DNA from: an uncultured delta proteobacterium
GTDB taxonomy: Bacteria; Myxococcota; Myxococcia; Myxococcales; Anaeromyxobacteraceae
Direction: 5' to 3'
Length of the DNA: 64,000 bases
NCBI GenBank assembly: GCA_963766715.1
Contig: CAVYBH010000001.1
Coordinates: 1-64,000 of the forward strand
Part shown: positions 39,787 through 51,504 of the stretch, piece by piece
Layout of the letters: every line of letters begins with the position of its first letter
Numbering within the stretch: the stretch's first letter is position 1
Notes under the pieces: generated by a model
Databases searched by the model: none
Told to the model about the DNA's origin: nothing
What the model saw: the letters and a program-made list of their open reading frames with translations, nothing else
Position numbers and translations under genes: made by a program

Positions 39787-40193
39787 CGGTCCTCGTCGAC
39801 AGCAACGTCCTCATCGACGTCGCGGGAGACGACCCGGTCTGGGGAGACTGGTCGCGCAGCGCGCTGGCGCGATGCGGGGACGCCGAGGTCCTGGTGGTGA
39901 ACCCGATCGTCTACGCCGAGGTCTCGGTGGCGTACGCCCGGGTCGAGGACGTCGAGAGGGTCCTCCCGCCGAGCGACTTCCGGCGGGAGCCGCTTCCCTG
40001 GGAGGCGGCCTTCCTGGCCGGGAAGACCTACCTGGAATACCGGAGCCGGGGAGGGCGGAGTCGCTCGCCTCTCCCCGACTTCTACATCGGCGCCCACGCG
40101 GCGGTGGCCGGCTACCGGCTGCTCACCCGGGACGCGGTTCGCTACCGGAGCTACTTCCCGCGGCTCGACGTCATCGCGCCGTCGGGAACGTGA
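39783..40193 (+). CDS. vapC: PIN-domain toxin (VapC)
   Basis: VLVDSNVLID, YAEV, PDFYIGAHA, LLTRD. Confidence 0.92.
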   Translation: MTVLVDSNVLIDVAGDDPVWGDWSRSALARCGDAEVLVVNPIVYAEVSVAYARVEDVERVLPPSDFRREPLPWEAAFLAGKTYLEYRSRGGRSRSPLPDFYIGAHAAVAGYRLLTRDAVRYRSYFPRLDVIAPSGT

Positions 40194-40212
40194 ACGGGTC
40201 GCCGGCTTCGCC

Positions 40213-40692
40213 CTAGAACGGGATGTCGTCGGCGCTGCCGCCGCTGCCGCCACTCTCGTCGAACGGCGGTCCACCCGAGTCGTCGGGCCCGCTGGAGCCG
40301 CGCTGCCCGCCGCCTGCTCCACCGGCGCCACCCGCACCGCGAGCGCCACCTGCGCCGGCCGCGCCACCGCCCAGGAACCGGACCGAGTCGGCCACGACCT
40401 TCACGCGGGAGCGCTCCTGGCCCGACGTCTTGTCCTGCCACTTGTCGGTCTTGAGCCGCCCCTCGACGTAGACCTGCCGACCCTTGGCCAGGTACTCGCC
40501 GACCTGCTCGGCCTGCTTCCCCCAGACCTCGACGTCATGCCACTCGGTCTCTTCCTTCTTCTGGCCCGAGGCCTTGTCGGTCCAGCTGCGGGAGGTGGCG
40601 ATGCGCAGGTTGGCGACCGCCTGGCCGCCGGAGGTGTAGCGGACCTCGGGATCCTTCCCGAGGTTGCCGATCAGGATGACCTTGTTGACCAT
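40213..40692 (-). CDS. ssb: Single-stranded DNA-binding protein
   Basis: [26 protein letters not shown], Gly-rich linker, DDIPF tail. Confidence 0.98.
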   Translation of the reverse strand: MVNKVILIGNLGKDPEVRYTSGGQAVANLRIATSRSWTDKASGQKKEETEWHDVEVWGKQAEQVGEYLAKGRQVYVEGRLKTDKWQDKTSGQERSRVKVVADSVRFLGGGAAGAGGARGAGGAGGAGGGQRGSSGPDDSGGPPFDESGGSGGSADDIPF

Positions 40693-40782
40693 GGCGAAAC
40701 CCTTCCATTTCGTCGCCTGGCTGCGAGCGGAAAGTTCGAGCGGGACGATGCGAAACGCACCCTAGCAAGGCGATCTGACAGG

Positions 40783-41673
40783 TCAGGCCCCGTCGTACCG
40801 GATGTCGCCCGCCCCGGCGGGATCGTAGCCGGGGATCGCGGCGACCTCGGCGCGGAACCGCCCTCCCTGCGCCACCTCGCAGACCCGCACCACGTTGCGG
40901 TCGCCCAGGTCTCTCGCCCGGACGAGCAGGCCGTAGGCCTCGCGAGCCAGCGGAAGGAACCCCAGGCCGAGCGCGTGCGCCCAGGCACGGGACGCGACGC
41001 CCAGGTCCGCGTCTCCCCGGGCCACGGCGCACACCACCTCGAGGTGGGAGGCGCAGACCACGGCCCGGCCACCCACCTCGCGGGCGTCGAGGCCCGCGGC
41101 GGCCAGCGCCTCGTCCAGGTACTTCCGGACGCCGGCGGACGGGGGCCGCGAGGCGAGCCGGCCCTGCCCGAGGTCCTTCGCCCTGGGTGGACGCCCCTTC
41201 GCCACCAGCCCGATCTCGCGGGTGACCAGGTGGATGCGGGCGATCCGTTCCTCGCCGGCGTGGGTGGGAAAGCCCCCGGCGTGGCTTCCGGAGGCGAAGA
41301 CCGAGCCCTCGCCGAGCAGGCGGAATCCGGCTTCCTTGTCGGCCTGGACGAAGCCGATCACGGTCCCCGACTCGCGCAGGAGGCGGAGCAGGATCGCCAC
41401 CACCTGGTCGCCGTTCGCGGCGATGAGCGGCGGAGCGCCCTGCGACGCGGCGGTCCCCATCGATGTTGGACCTGGGGACGCCTCGGGCTCGACCTGGCGA
41501 GCGGCTCTTCCGGGCTTCGACCAGGAGAGCACTTCCGCCCTGTCGAACCGCCACTCGGAGCCCACGCGCCGGGCCGGGAGCCCCTTCTTCAGCAGCCGGT
41601 ACACGTGCTGCGGGTGGACCCGCAGGAGCTTCGCGACTTCCTCGGTCGTCAGCAGCGCGGGAGGGCTGGGCAT
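40783..41673 (-). CDS. Excisionase-type HTH + PBP-like (molybdate/tungstate-binding) transcriptional regulator
   Basis: LLTTEEVAKLLRVHPQHVYRL..WRF HTH_17; C-terminal SHLEVVCAVARGDADLGV..GLGFLPLAREAY..PGYD PBP-like domain; divergent from modA. Confidence 0.82.
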   Translation of the reverse strand: MPSPPALLTTEEVAKLLRVHPQHVYRLLKKGLPARRVGSEWRFDRAEVLSWSKPGRAARQVEPEASPGPTSMGTAASQGAPPLIAANGDQVVAILLRLLRESGTVIGFVQADKEAGFRLLGEGSVFASGSHAGGFPTHAGEERIARIHLVTREIGLVAKGRPPRAKDLGQGRLASRPPSAGVRKYLDEALAAAGLDAREVGGRAVVCASHLEVVCAVARGDADLGVASRAWAHALGLGFLPLAREAYGLLVRARDLGDRNVVRVCEVAQGGRFRAEVAAIPGYDPAGAGDIRYDGA

Positions 41674-41751
41674 GGCCCCTGCATGATAGCGAACCCATGA
41701 GGAAGCTGATTCACGTAAACGGGGCTAGGCGTAGTTTGTTATGGTGTGTCA

Positions 41752-42586
41752 ATGCTTGACGATCGTGCTTGTCATTGCATCACGGTCGGGCGCCTGTCGC
41801 GCCGGGGGTGGCTCGTCTCGCTCCTCGCGCTGCTCCTCGCTCCGGCGTGGGCCGGGGCCGGCGAGACGCGCACCCTCTCCGTCGCAGCCGCCGCCAACCT
41901 GAAGCCCGCCCTCGACGAGATCAGCCGTCTCTTCGAGGCGAGGAACCCCGGCGTCGAGGTGAAGGCGACCTTCGGGGCCTCGGGAACCTTCTTCGCCCAG
42001 ATCGCGAACGGTGCGCCCTTCGACCTCTTCCTGTCCGCGGATTCGGAGTTTCCGGCCAAGGTGGTCGAGCAGGGGCTCGCCGACGGAAAGGCCTTCCCCT
42101 ACGCGTACGGAAAGCTGGTGGTCTGGGTCCCCAAGGACTCGAAGCTCGACCTGGACGCGAAGGGGCTCGCCGCCCTCGCCGATCCCTCGGTCCAGGAGAA
42201 TCGCCATCGCCAACCCGGACGTGGCCCCGTACGGGCGCGCCGCCCGGGCCGCCCTCGAGAAGGCCGGCGTCTACGAGCGCGTGAAGGCGCGCCTCGTGAT
42301 GGGCCAGAACGTGAACCAGGCGGCCCAGTTCGCGCAGTCGGGAAATGCGCAGGCCGCCTTCCTGCCGCTCTCGCTCGCCGGGACGCCGCCGCTCTCCATC
42401 GAGGGACGGGCATGGCTCGTGCCGCCGGCCACCTATCCCCGCGTCGAGCAGTCGGGCGTCGTCCTCCAGGGAACGAAGCATCCCGCCCTGGCAAGGGAAC
42501 TGGCCGCGTTCCTCACCGGGGACGCCGCGCGGCAGGTGTTCGCGCGCCACGGCTACGACCTGCCCGGGAATGGAGTGTCGAGATGA
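41752..42586 (+). CDS. modA: Molybdate-binding periplasmic protein (frameshifted; start uncertain)
   Basis: VAAAANL, FGASG..FAQI.NGAPFDLFLSAD, IAIANPDVAPYGRAA, GQNVNQA. Confidence 0.92.
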
Positions 42587-43485
42587 AGCGGGTTCCCGCC
42601 GTGGCCGGGTTGCTGGCTGCTCTCGTGATGGCGCTTCCCGTCCGCGCGTCCACGGATGGCGACCCGGGCGCGACCCCGCACGCCGCCGAGCCTTCCGACC
42701 TGGGCATCCTCGACTTCTTCACGAACGGCTGGAGCCAGGACTGGGTGCACCGGCGCCGCGAGACGCGCGACATGGCGCTCCTCCGGGTCACGACCAACTT
42801 CCTCGAGCGGGAGTTCCGGTTCGACTACGCGTACACGAGCCTCCTCGGCAACGCCCGGTACACCGGGACGGACTTCGCCAGCTCGCTCATGGCCTACGCC
42901 GTGAACCGGCGGCTCATGCTGGAGATCATCGCGAACTACCAGTGGAACGTGCACCCGGGCGCGTCCCCGGTGAACGGCGCCGGCGGGGCGGCCCTCCTGC
43001 GATTCCAGCTCGTCGACACGGCCACGGCCTCCTATTCCACCCAGATCCGGGTGTCGGCGCCCAACCGGGGCATCGGACAGACCCAGACGACGTTCGGCTA
43101 CTACCTGGCCGGCTGGCAGGACGTGCGAGCCTGGATCCCGGCGCTCGGCCGCGTTGGCCTCTACTACTCCTTCGAGTACGACAACCTCCAGGGCCCGGCC
43201 GCCGCGGGCGCGACCAGGAACTCCATCTCCTACGATGTATCGGTCGCCCGGACCTTCACCGACGCCTCCACGCCGGTGGTGGGGGACCTCACCGCCTTCC
43301 TGGAACTCTACGGGACGACCCCTCTCGACGGTGCGAGCTCCGGGAAGACGGTGCTGAGCCTCACGCCGGGGGTCCGCTTCTGGTTCGTCCCGAAGAACTC
43401 GCTCTCCCTCGGCGTGGACCTGCCGGTGAGCCACTCCCCGCCGTATTCCGCTGCCTGGCGCGCGACGTACATCCTGAACTTCTGA
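42583..43485 (+). CDS. Predicted outer-membrane beta-barrel/channel of unknown function
   Basis: Signal peptide; amphipathic aromatic-rich strands (EFRFDYAY, VGLYYSFEY, LTPGVRFWF); C-terminal YILNF beta-signal; ATGA overlap with modA. Confidence 0.7.
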   Translation: MKRVPAVAGLLAALVMALPVRASTDGDPGATPHAAEPSDLGILDFFTNGWSQDWVHRRRETRDMALLRVTTNFLEREFRFDYAYTSLLGNARYTGTDFASSLMAYAVNRRLMLEIIANYQWNVHPGASPVNGAGGAALLRFQLVDTATASYSTQIRVSAPNRGIGQTQTTFGYYLAGWQDVRAWIPALGRVGLYYSFEYDNLQGPAAAGATRNSISYDVSVARTFTDASTPVVGDLTAFLELYGTTPLDGASSGKTVLSLTPGVRFWFVPKNSLSLGVDLPVSHSPPYSAAWRATYILNF

Positions 43486-43524
43486 CGTGGAGCGCGCGAC
43501 GCTGGGCGGCCGGTTCGGGAGCCG

Positions 43525-44490
43525 ATGGCCCGGGTTTCGCATATCTCTCTGCGCTTGGCCCTCCGACCCCACCTCGACGACGTCCGGAGCCGCGCCCGCG
43601 GCGCGTTCCTGGGCCTGGCCCTCGGCGACGCCCTGGGCGCGACCGTCGAGTTCATGCTCCCGGGCGAGATCCGGGCGGTCCACGGGGTCCACCGGGAGCT
43701 CACCGGTGGCGGCTGGCTGAAGCTCCGGCCCGGCTCCGTCACCGACGACACCCAGATGTCCATCTGGATGGGGCGGGCCATCGCCAACGGCGGGGGCTGG
43801 GACGCCCGGCGCGCCGCCGTGCACCTCGCCGCCTGGCTCCGGACCGGACCGGCCGACGTGGGGAACACCGTGCGCCGCGGGCTCCGCCGCTTCGTCGTCG
43901 ACGGAACGCTCGAGGGGGAGCCGAGCCCGGGCGACGCCGGCAACGGCGCGGCCATGCGCGTGCTGCCGGTGGCGCTCGCCACGCTGGCCGATCACCGGGC
44001 CATGTCCCGCACGGCCATCGAGCAGGGGCGCATCACCCACCACCACCCCCTCTCCGACGCCGCCTGCATCCACGTGGGCGAGCTCATCCACATGGCGTGC
44101 CTCGGCCTCGGGATGCCGAGGCTGCGCCGGGCCTCCGACGCCTTCGTGGCCGAGCACCCGGAGTTCGCCTTCTCGCCGTACCCTGGGCTCTCCGGCGGCT
44201 ACGTGGTCGAGACGGTCGCCACCGTCCTCCACTTCCTCCACGCGACGAGCAGCTTCGAGGAGACGCTCGTCGGGATCGTGAACCGAGGCGGCGACGCCGA
44301 CACCACCGGCGCCATCGCCGGCGCGATCGCCGGCGCCTACCACGGCCCGGAGGGGCTCCCCGGACGCTGGCTGAAGCGGCTCGATCCCGAGGTTCGCGAG
44401 GAGGCGGAGTGGCTCGGGGACCAGCTCGTGGCCCTCTCCCCGCTGGGACGGGGCGAGCCTCCCCACCTGACCCCGCGCGCCGGGGCCTAG
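43525..44490 (+). CDS. draG: ADP-ribosyl-[dinitrogenase reductase] glycohydrolase
   Basis: [53 protein letters not shown]. Confidence 0.93.
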   Translation: MARVSHISLRLALRPHLDDVRSRARGAFLGLALGDALGATVEFMLPGEIRAVHGVHRELTGGGWLKLRPGSVTDDTQMSIWMGRAIANGGGWDARRAAVHLAAWLRTGPADVGNTVRRGLRRFVVDGTLEGEPSPGDAGNGAAMRVLPVALATLADHRAMSRTAIEQGRITHHHPLSDAACIHVGELIHMACLGLGMPRLRRASDAFVAEHPEFAFSPYPGLSGGYVVETVATVLHFLHATSSFEETLVGIVNRGGDADTTGAIAGAIAGAYHGPEGLPGRWLKRLDPEVREEAEWLGDQLVALSPLGRGEPPHLTPRAGA

Positions 44491-45277
44491 GCGAGCAGCC
44501 GCTTCACCCGGATCTCGCCGCCGACCACCAGGTACTCGCCCTCTCCCCGGAGGATCAGCGCGGCAGCAGGTGGCCGGCGAAGAAGATCCGCGGCACCGCC
44601 AGCCGGGCCTCCAGGACCGCGTCGCCGAACTCCCAGGCGCGCTCCACGTCGTCGGTGAAGGAGCAGAGGTTGTTCAGCCGCAGCACCCACTCGCGGCGGC
44701 CCAGGGTCTCGACCACCTGGTGGTCCTCCAGCCGGTTCTGGCCGCGCCAGAGCGTGATCCAGCGCGCGCCGGGGAGACGCCGCGCGAGCTCGTACTGCGT
44801 GAAGGTGTAGACGAGGTCGAGCTGGGCGTCGATGGCGCTCGTCCAGGCGTGGCCCCGCGTGCGGTCGGCGACGTAGCGGGCCCAGGCCTCGCCGTCCGCG
44901 CCCGCCATCTGCTCCTGGTGAAAGGTGGGGGCGATGCCCATCCGGCTCTCCACCCAGCCCTTCAGGACCGCCCCCTCCACCGAGCTCGCGTCCACTCCCC
45001 AGCCCCGCAGGAACCGGACGTACCCGTTGCGAAGGCTTCGCCGCGCGCCGGGCGTCTCCTGGGCCTGCCACTGGTGGAGCTGGAAGCGGACGTTCATCCA
45101 GTCGTCGAACTTCCGGCCGCGCTCGTCCGGGTCCTCGGTGCGGTCGAGCACCTCGAACAGGAAGCGGTTCTCCTCCCGCACTCCCTGCAGGACGATGGGG
45201 CGCGGATCCTCGTCGAAATCGCGCGAGGCGATCACCCACGGCGGCAGGTTGCACCGGTTGAAGGAAGTCCGGTTCAC
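44487..45277 (-). CDS. draT: NAD+-dinitrogenase reductase ADP-ribosyltransferase (frameshift near C-terminus)
   Basis: [68 protein letters not shown]. Confidence 0.93.
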
Positions 45278-45408
45278 GGGCTCCCGGGTGCTCGCCCGGC
45301 GTGCAGGCGCAAGGGCTTCGTTCCCGGGCGGAGTCGCCATCTCCCCGCAACGGCTCGATCGAGGGTCACGTGTCGCGCAGTCTTTGCAAGACCGGTGCTC
45401 CGCGGAAC

Positions 45409-45424
45409 TGGCACCCGAATTGCT
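45409..45424 (+). promoter_or_regulatory. sigma54 -24/-12 promoter of nifA
   Basis: TGGCACCCGAATTGCT = TGGCAC-N5-TTGC consensus. Confidence 0.8.
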
Positions 45425-45436
45425 CCACCCGATTGC

Positions 45437-46994
45437 ATGGATCCCCGGCGGGCCACCGTCGCCGTCGAGGCGCTCCACGACATCGGCCAGGTCCTCGCGC
45501 TCGCGACCGACCTGTCGAAGGCCTTCAACACGGTCCTGCAGATCCTCCGCTCGCACCTCGGGCTGGAGAACGGCACGGTCTCGCTCTTCGACCCGGTCAC
45601 CGGCGAGGTCTTCATCGAGGCCGCGCCGGAGATGCCCGACGAGGAGCGGATCCTCGGCCGGCTGCGGCCAGGGGAGGGGATCGTCGGACGGGTCTTCCAC
45701 ACAGGCCTGCCGGTGGCCATCCCCGATCTCGCCGACGAGCCCATCTTCCTCAACCGCACCGGGAGCTGGCGCGACGTGCGCGAGGACCCGCGCGCCCTCT
45801 ATGCCGTCCCGCTGCGCGAGGTGCGGTCGACGCTGGGCGTGCTCACCGCCGAGCGCCGGTGGGCGAACGGCACCTTCTCCTTCGACGCGGACCTGCGCGT
45901 CCTCACCACCGCGGCCTCCATGCTCGCGACCCGGGTCCGGCTGCACCGGGCGGAGAACCCGCTCGCCCGGGCCCGCACCGACTCCCCCGCGCTCCTGCCC
46001 GTGCGCGAGCGCTTCCGCGGCGTGGTGGGGACGAGCGCTCCCTGGCGGCAGGTCCTCGACGTGGTGGACCGGGTGGCCCAGAGCCGGGCCACGGTGCTGC
46101 TCCGGGGGGAGAGCGGCACGGGCAAGGAGGTGGTGGCCCGCGCCATCCACGAGAACGGATCCCGGGCCGGCCGGGCCTTCGTCGCCGTCAACTGCGCCGC
46201 GCTTCCCGAGTCCCTGCTCGAGAGCGAGCTCTTCGGCCACGAGCGAGGCGCCTTCACCGGCGCCGCCGCGGCGCGGCCGGGGCGGTTCGAGCTGGCCGAC
46301 GGCGGGACCATCTTCCTCGACGAGATCGGCGAGCTCCCGGTCGGCGCGCAGGTGAAGCTCCTGCGGGTCCTCCAGGAGCGGCAGTTCGAGCGGGTGGGCG
46401 GGCACCGCACGGTGACCGTGGACGTGCGGGTCGTGGCGGCGACCAACCGGGACCTGGAGGAGGCCGTCCGGAGCGGCTCCTTCCGGCTCGACCTGTACCA
46501 CCGCGTGCAGGTGGTCGAGATCGTCCTCCCTCCGCTCCGGGATCGGGCGGACGACGTGCCTCGCCTGGCCGAGGCCTTCCTCGCCGATCTCGCGGCCGAG
46601 CACGGGAGGCGGCTCATCCTCACCCGCGACGCCATGCTGGCCCTGCAGCGGCTCCAGTGGCCGGGGAACGTGCGCCAGCTGCGCAACGTGCTGGAGCGAC
46701 TCGTGGTCTCCCACGGCGACGGTCCCGTGTCGGCGTCGGACCTCGACTGGCTCGCACCCACCGTCGAGGCGGGCTGCCCGGTCGACGAGGTCGAGGCCGA
46801 CGTGCGCGAGCCTCCTCCCGCGGCGGCGGACCGTCGTCCCGGGACCGGCCGAGGCGTCGGAGCGCGACCGCGTCATCGAGGCGCTCGAGCGGGCCGGTCA
46901 CGTGCAGGCGCGCGCGGCGCGGCTGCTCGGCATGAGCGTGCGCCAGTTCCGGTACCGGGTGGCCAAGTTCGGCATCCAGGTGGAGAGATTCTGA
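45437..46994 (+). CDS. nifA: NifA-type sigma54 activator (GAF-AAA-HTH); frameshift before the HTH
   Basis: GAF (GEGIVGRV); [39 protein letters not shown]-terminal [19 protein letters not shown]. Confidence 0.85.
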
Positions 46995-47449
46995 TGGAGC
47001 CCCTCGCCGTCCGCCCCGCCGGAGCCGACGACCTCACCTCCATGGTGGCGTTGCTCGCGGAGCTGTTCGCGCTCGAGCCCGACTTCCGCGTCGATCCCGT
47101 CCGGCAGCGCCGCGGGCTCGCGCTCCTCCTCGAGGACCGGCTGCGGCGGGCGGCGCTCGTCGCGGTGCGCGGCGGCGCGGTGGTGGGCATGGTCACCGGC
47201 CAGCTCGTGGTCTCCACCGCCGAGGGGAGCGGGTCGGTGCTGGTCGAGGACCTGGTGGTGGCGGGGTCGGAGCGGAGGCGCGGAGTGGGGCGGGCGCTGC
47301 TCCGCGCCATCGAGTCTTGGGCCTCCTCGCGCGGGGCGTCCCGGCTCCAGCTCCTCGCCGACCGCGAGAACGGCGCGGCGCTCGGCTTCTACGAGCGGCT
47401 CGGCTGGACCGGCACGCGGCTCGTGTGCCTGCGGCGCGGCGGTCGGTAG
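46994..47449 (+). CDS. GNAT acetyltransferase
   Basis: TGATG coupling to nif[28 protein letters not shown]. Confidence 0.88.
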   Translation: MEPLAVRPAGADDLTSMVALLAELFALEPDFRVDPVRQRRGLALLLEDRLRRAALVAVRGGAVVGMVTGQLVVSTAEGSGSVLVEDLVVAGSERRRGVGRALLRAIESWASSRGASRLQLLADRENGAALGFYERLGWTGTRLVCLRRGGR

Positions 47450-47462
47450 TTCCTGCGTCGCC

Positions 47463-50014
<2,552 letters not shown>

Positions 50015-50027
50015 TCCGGAGGACGCC

Positions 50028-51498
50028 ATGGCCAACGACCTCGGCCTCACCGTCAAGCCCGTCACGACCACCACCCCCGAGGAGGAGGCGCGCGTCGCCG
50101 CCTGGATCGACACCCCGGAGTACCGGGAGAAGAACTTCGCCCGCCAGGCCCTGGTGATGAACCCGGCCCACGCCTGCCAGCCGCTCGGCGCCGAGCTCTG
50201 CGCCCACGGCTTCGAGGGGACGCTGCCCTTCGTCCACGGCTCGCAGGGCTGCGCCTCCTACTACCGCTCCACCCTCAACCGCCACTTCCGCGAGCCGGCC
50301 CCGGCCGTCTCCGACGCCATGACCGAGGACGGCGCGGTCTTCGGCGGCCAGAACAACCTGCACGAGGGGCTGGAGAACGCCGTGGCGCTCTACAAGCCGA
50401 AGATGATCGCGGTCTTCACCTCCTGCATGCCCGAGGTCATCGGCGACGACCTGACCGCCTTCATCAAGAACGCCCGCCAGAAGGGGCTCCTGCCCGAAGG
50501 ACCTGCCGACGCCCTACGCCAACACGCCCAGCTTCAACGGCTCGCACGTCACCGGCTACGACGCCATGCTGCTCGCCATCCTGCAGACCCTCACCGAGGG
50601 GAAGAAGGTGGAGGGGCGCTGCACCGGCAAGCTGAACTTCATCCCCGGCTTCGACGCCAACACCGGCAACTACCGGGAGTACAAGCGGATCTTCGAGGCC
50701 TTCGGCATCCCCTCCACCTTCCTGGCCGACATCTCCGAGACCTTCGACTCGCCGAACGACGGCACCTACCGGCTCTACCCGGGCGGCACGCCGCTCCTCG
50801 AGGCCGGCCGACTCCATCAACGGCAAGGCCACCCTGACGGTCGGCCCCTACGCCACCGCCAAGACCTTCGCCTGGATCAAGGAGAACTACGCCGGCAGCA
50901 CGCCTCGCTGCCCATGCCCATGGGCATCGCCAAGACCGACGCGTTCCTCCTGAAGCTCGCCGAGCTCTTCGACAGGCCGGTGCCGGACGTCCTCAAGGCC
51001 GAGCGCGGCCGCGCGGTGGACGCCATGACCGACGCCCAGCAGTACATGCACGGCAAGAAGTTCGCCGTGTACGGCGATCCCGACCAGCTGCTCGGCTACG
51101 TCTCCTTCCTGCTGGAGATGGGCGCCATGCCGCACCACGTCCTCTGCTCCAAGGGCTCGAAGAAGCTCGAGAAGGAGCTGCAGGCGCTGCTCGACGCCTC
51201 GCCCTACGGCAAGGGGGCGCAGGTCTGGATGAACCGGGACCTGTGGCACCTGCGCTCGCTGCTCATGACCGACCCGGTGGACGCCCTCATCGGCGACACC
51301 CACGGCAAGTTCGCCGCCCGCGACGCCAAAATCCCGCTCTTCCGCTTCGGCTTCCCCGTCTTCGACCGGGTCAACAAGCACCGCAGCCCCATCATCGGCT
51401 ACCAGGGCGCCATCAACATGCTCACCGAGATCTGCAACAAGTTCCTCGACATCAAGGACGAGACCTGCGAGGAGCGCTTCTTCGAGATGATGCGGTGA
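50028..51498 (+). CDS. nifK: Mo-nitrogenase beta subunit (frameshifted)
   Basis: [39 protein letters not shown]. Confidence 0.96.
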
Positions 51499-51504
51499 GC
51501 GCCG

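Noticed and set aside
38820..41673. radC + TA + ssb + excisionase-like HTH as an ICE or prophage
   Set aside because: RadC is the full-length chromosomal type, ssb has the housekeeping DDIPF tail, the HTH is fused to a PBP sensor domain, and no integrase, relaxase or phage genes are present
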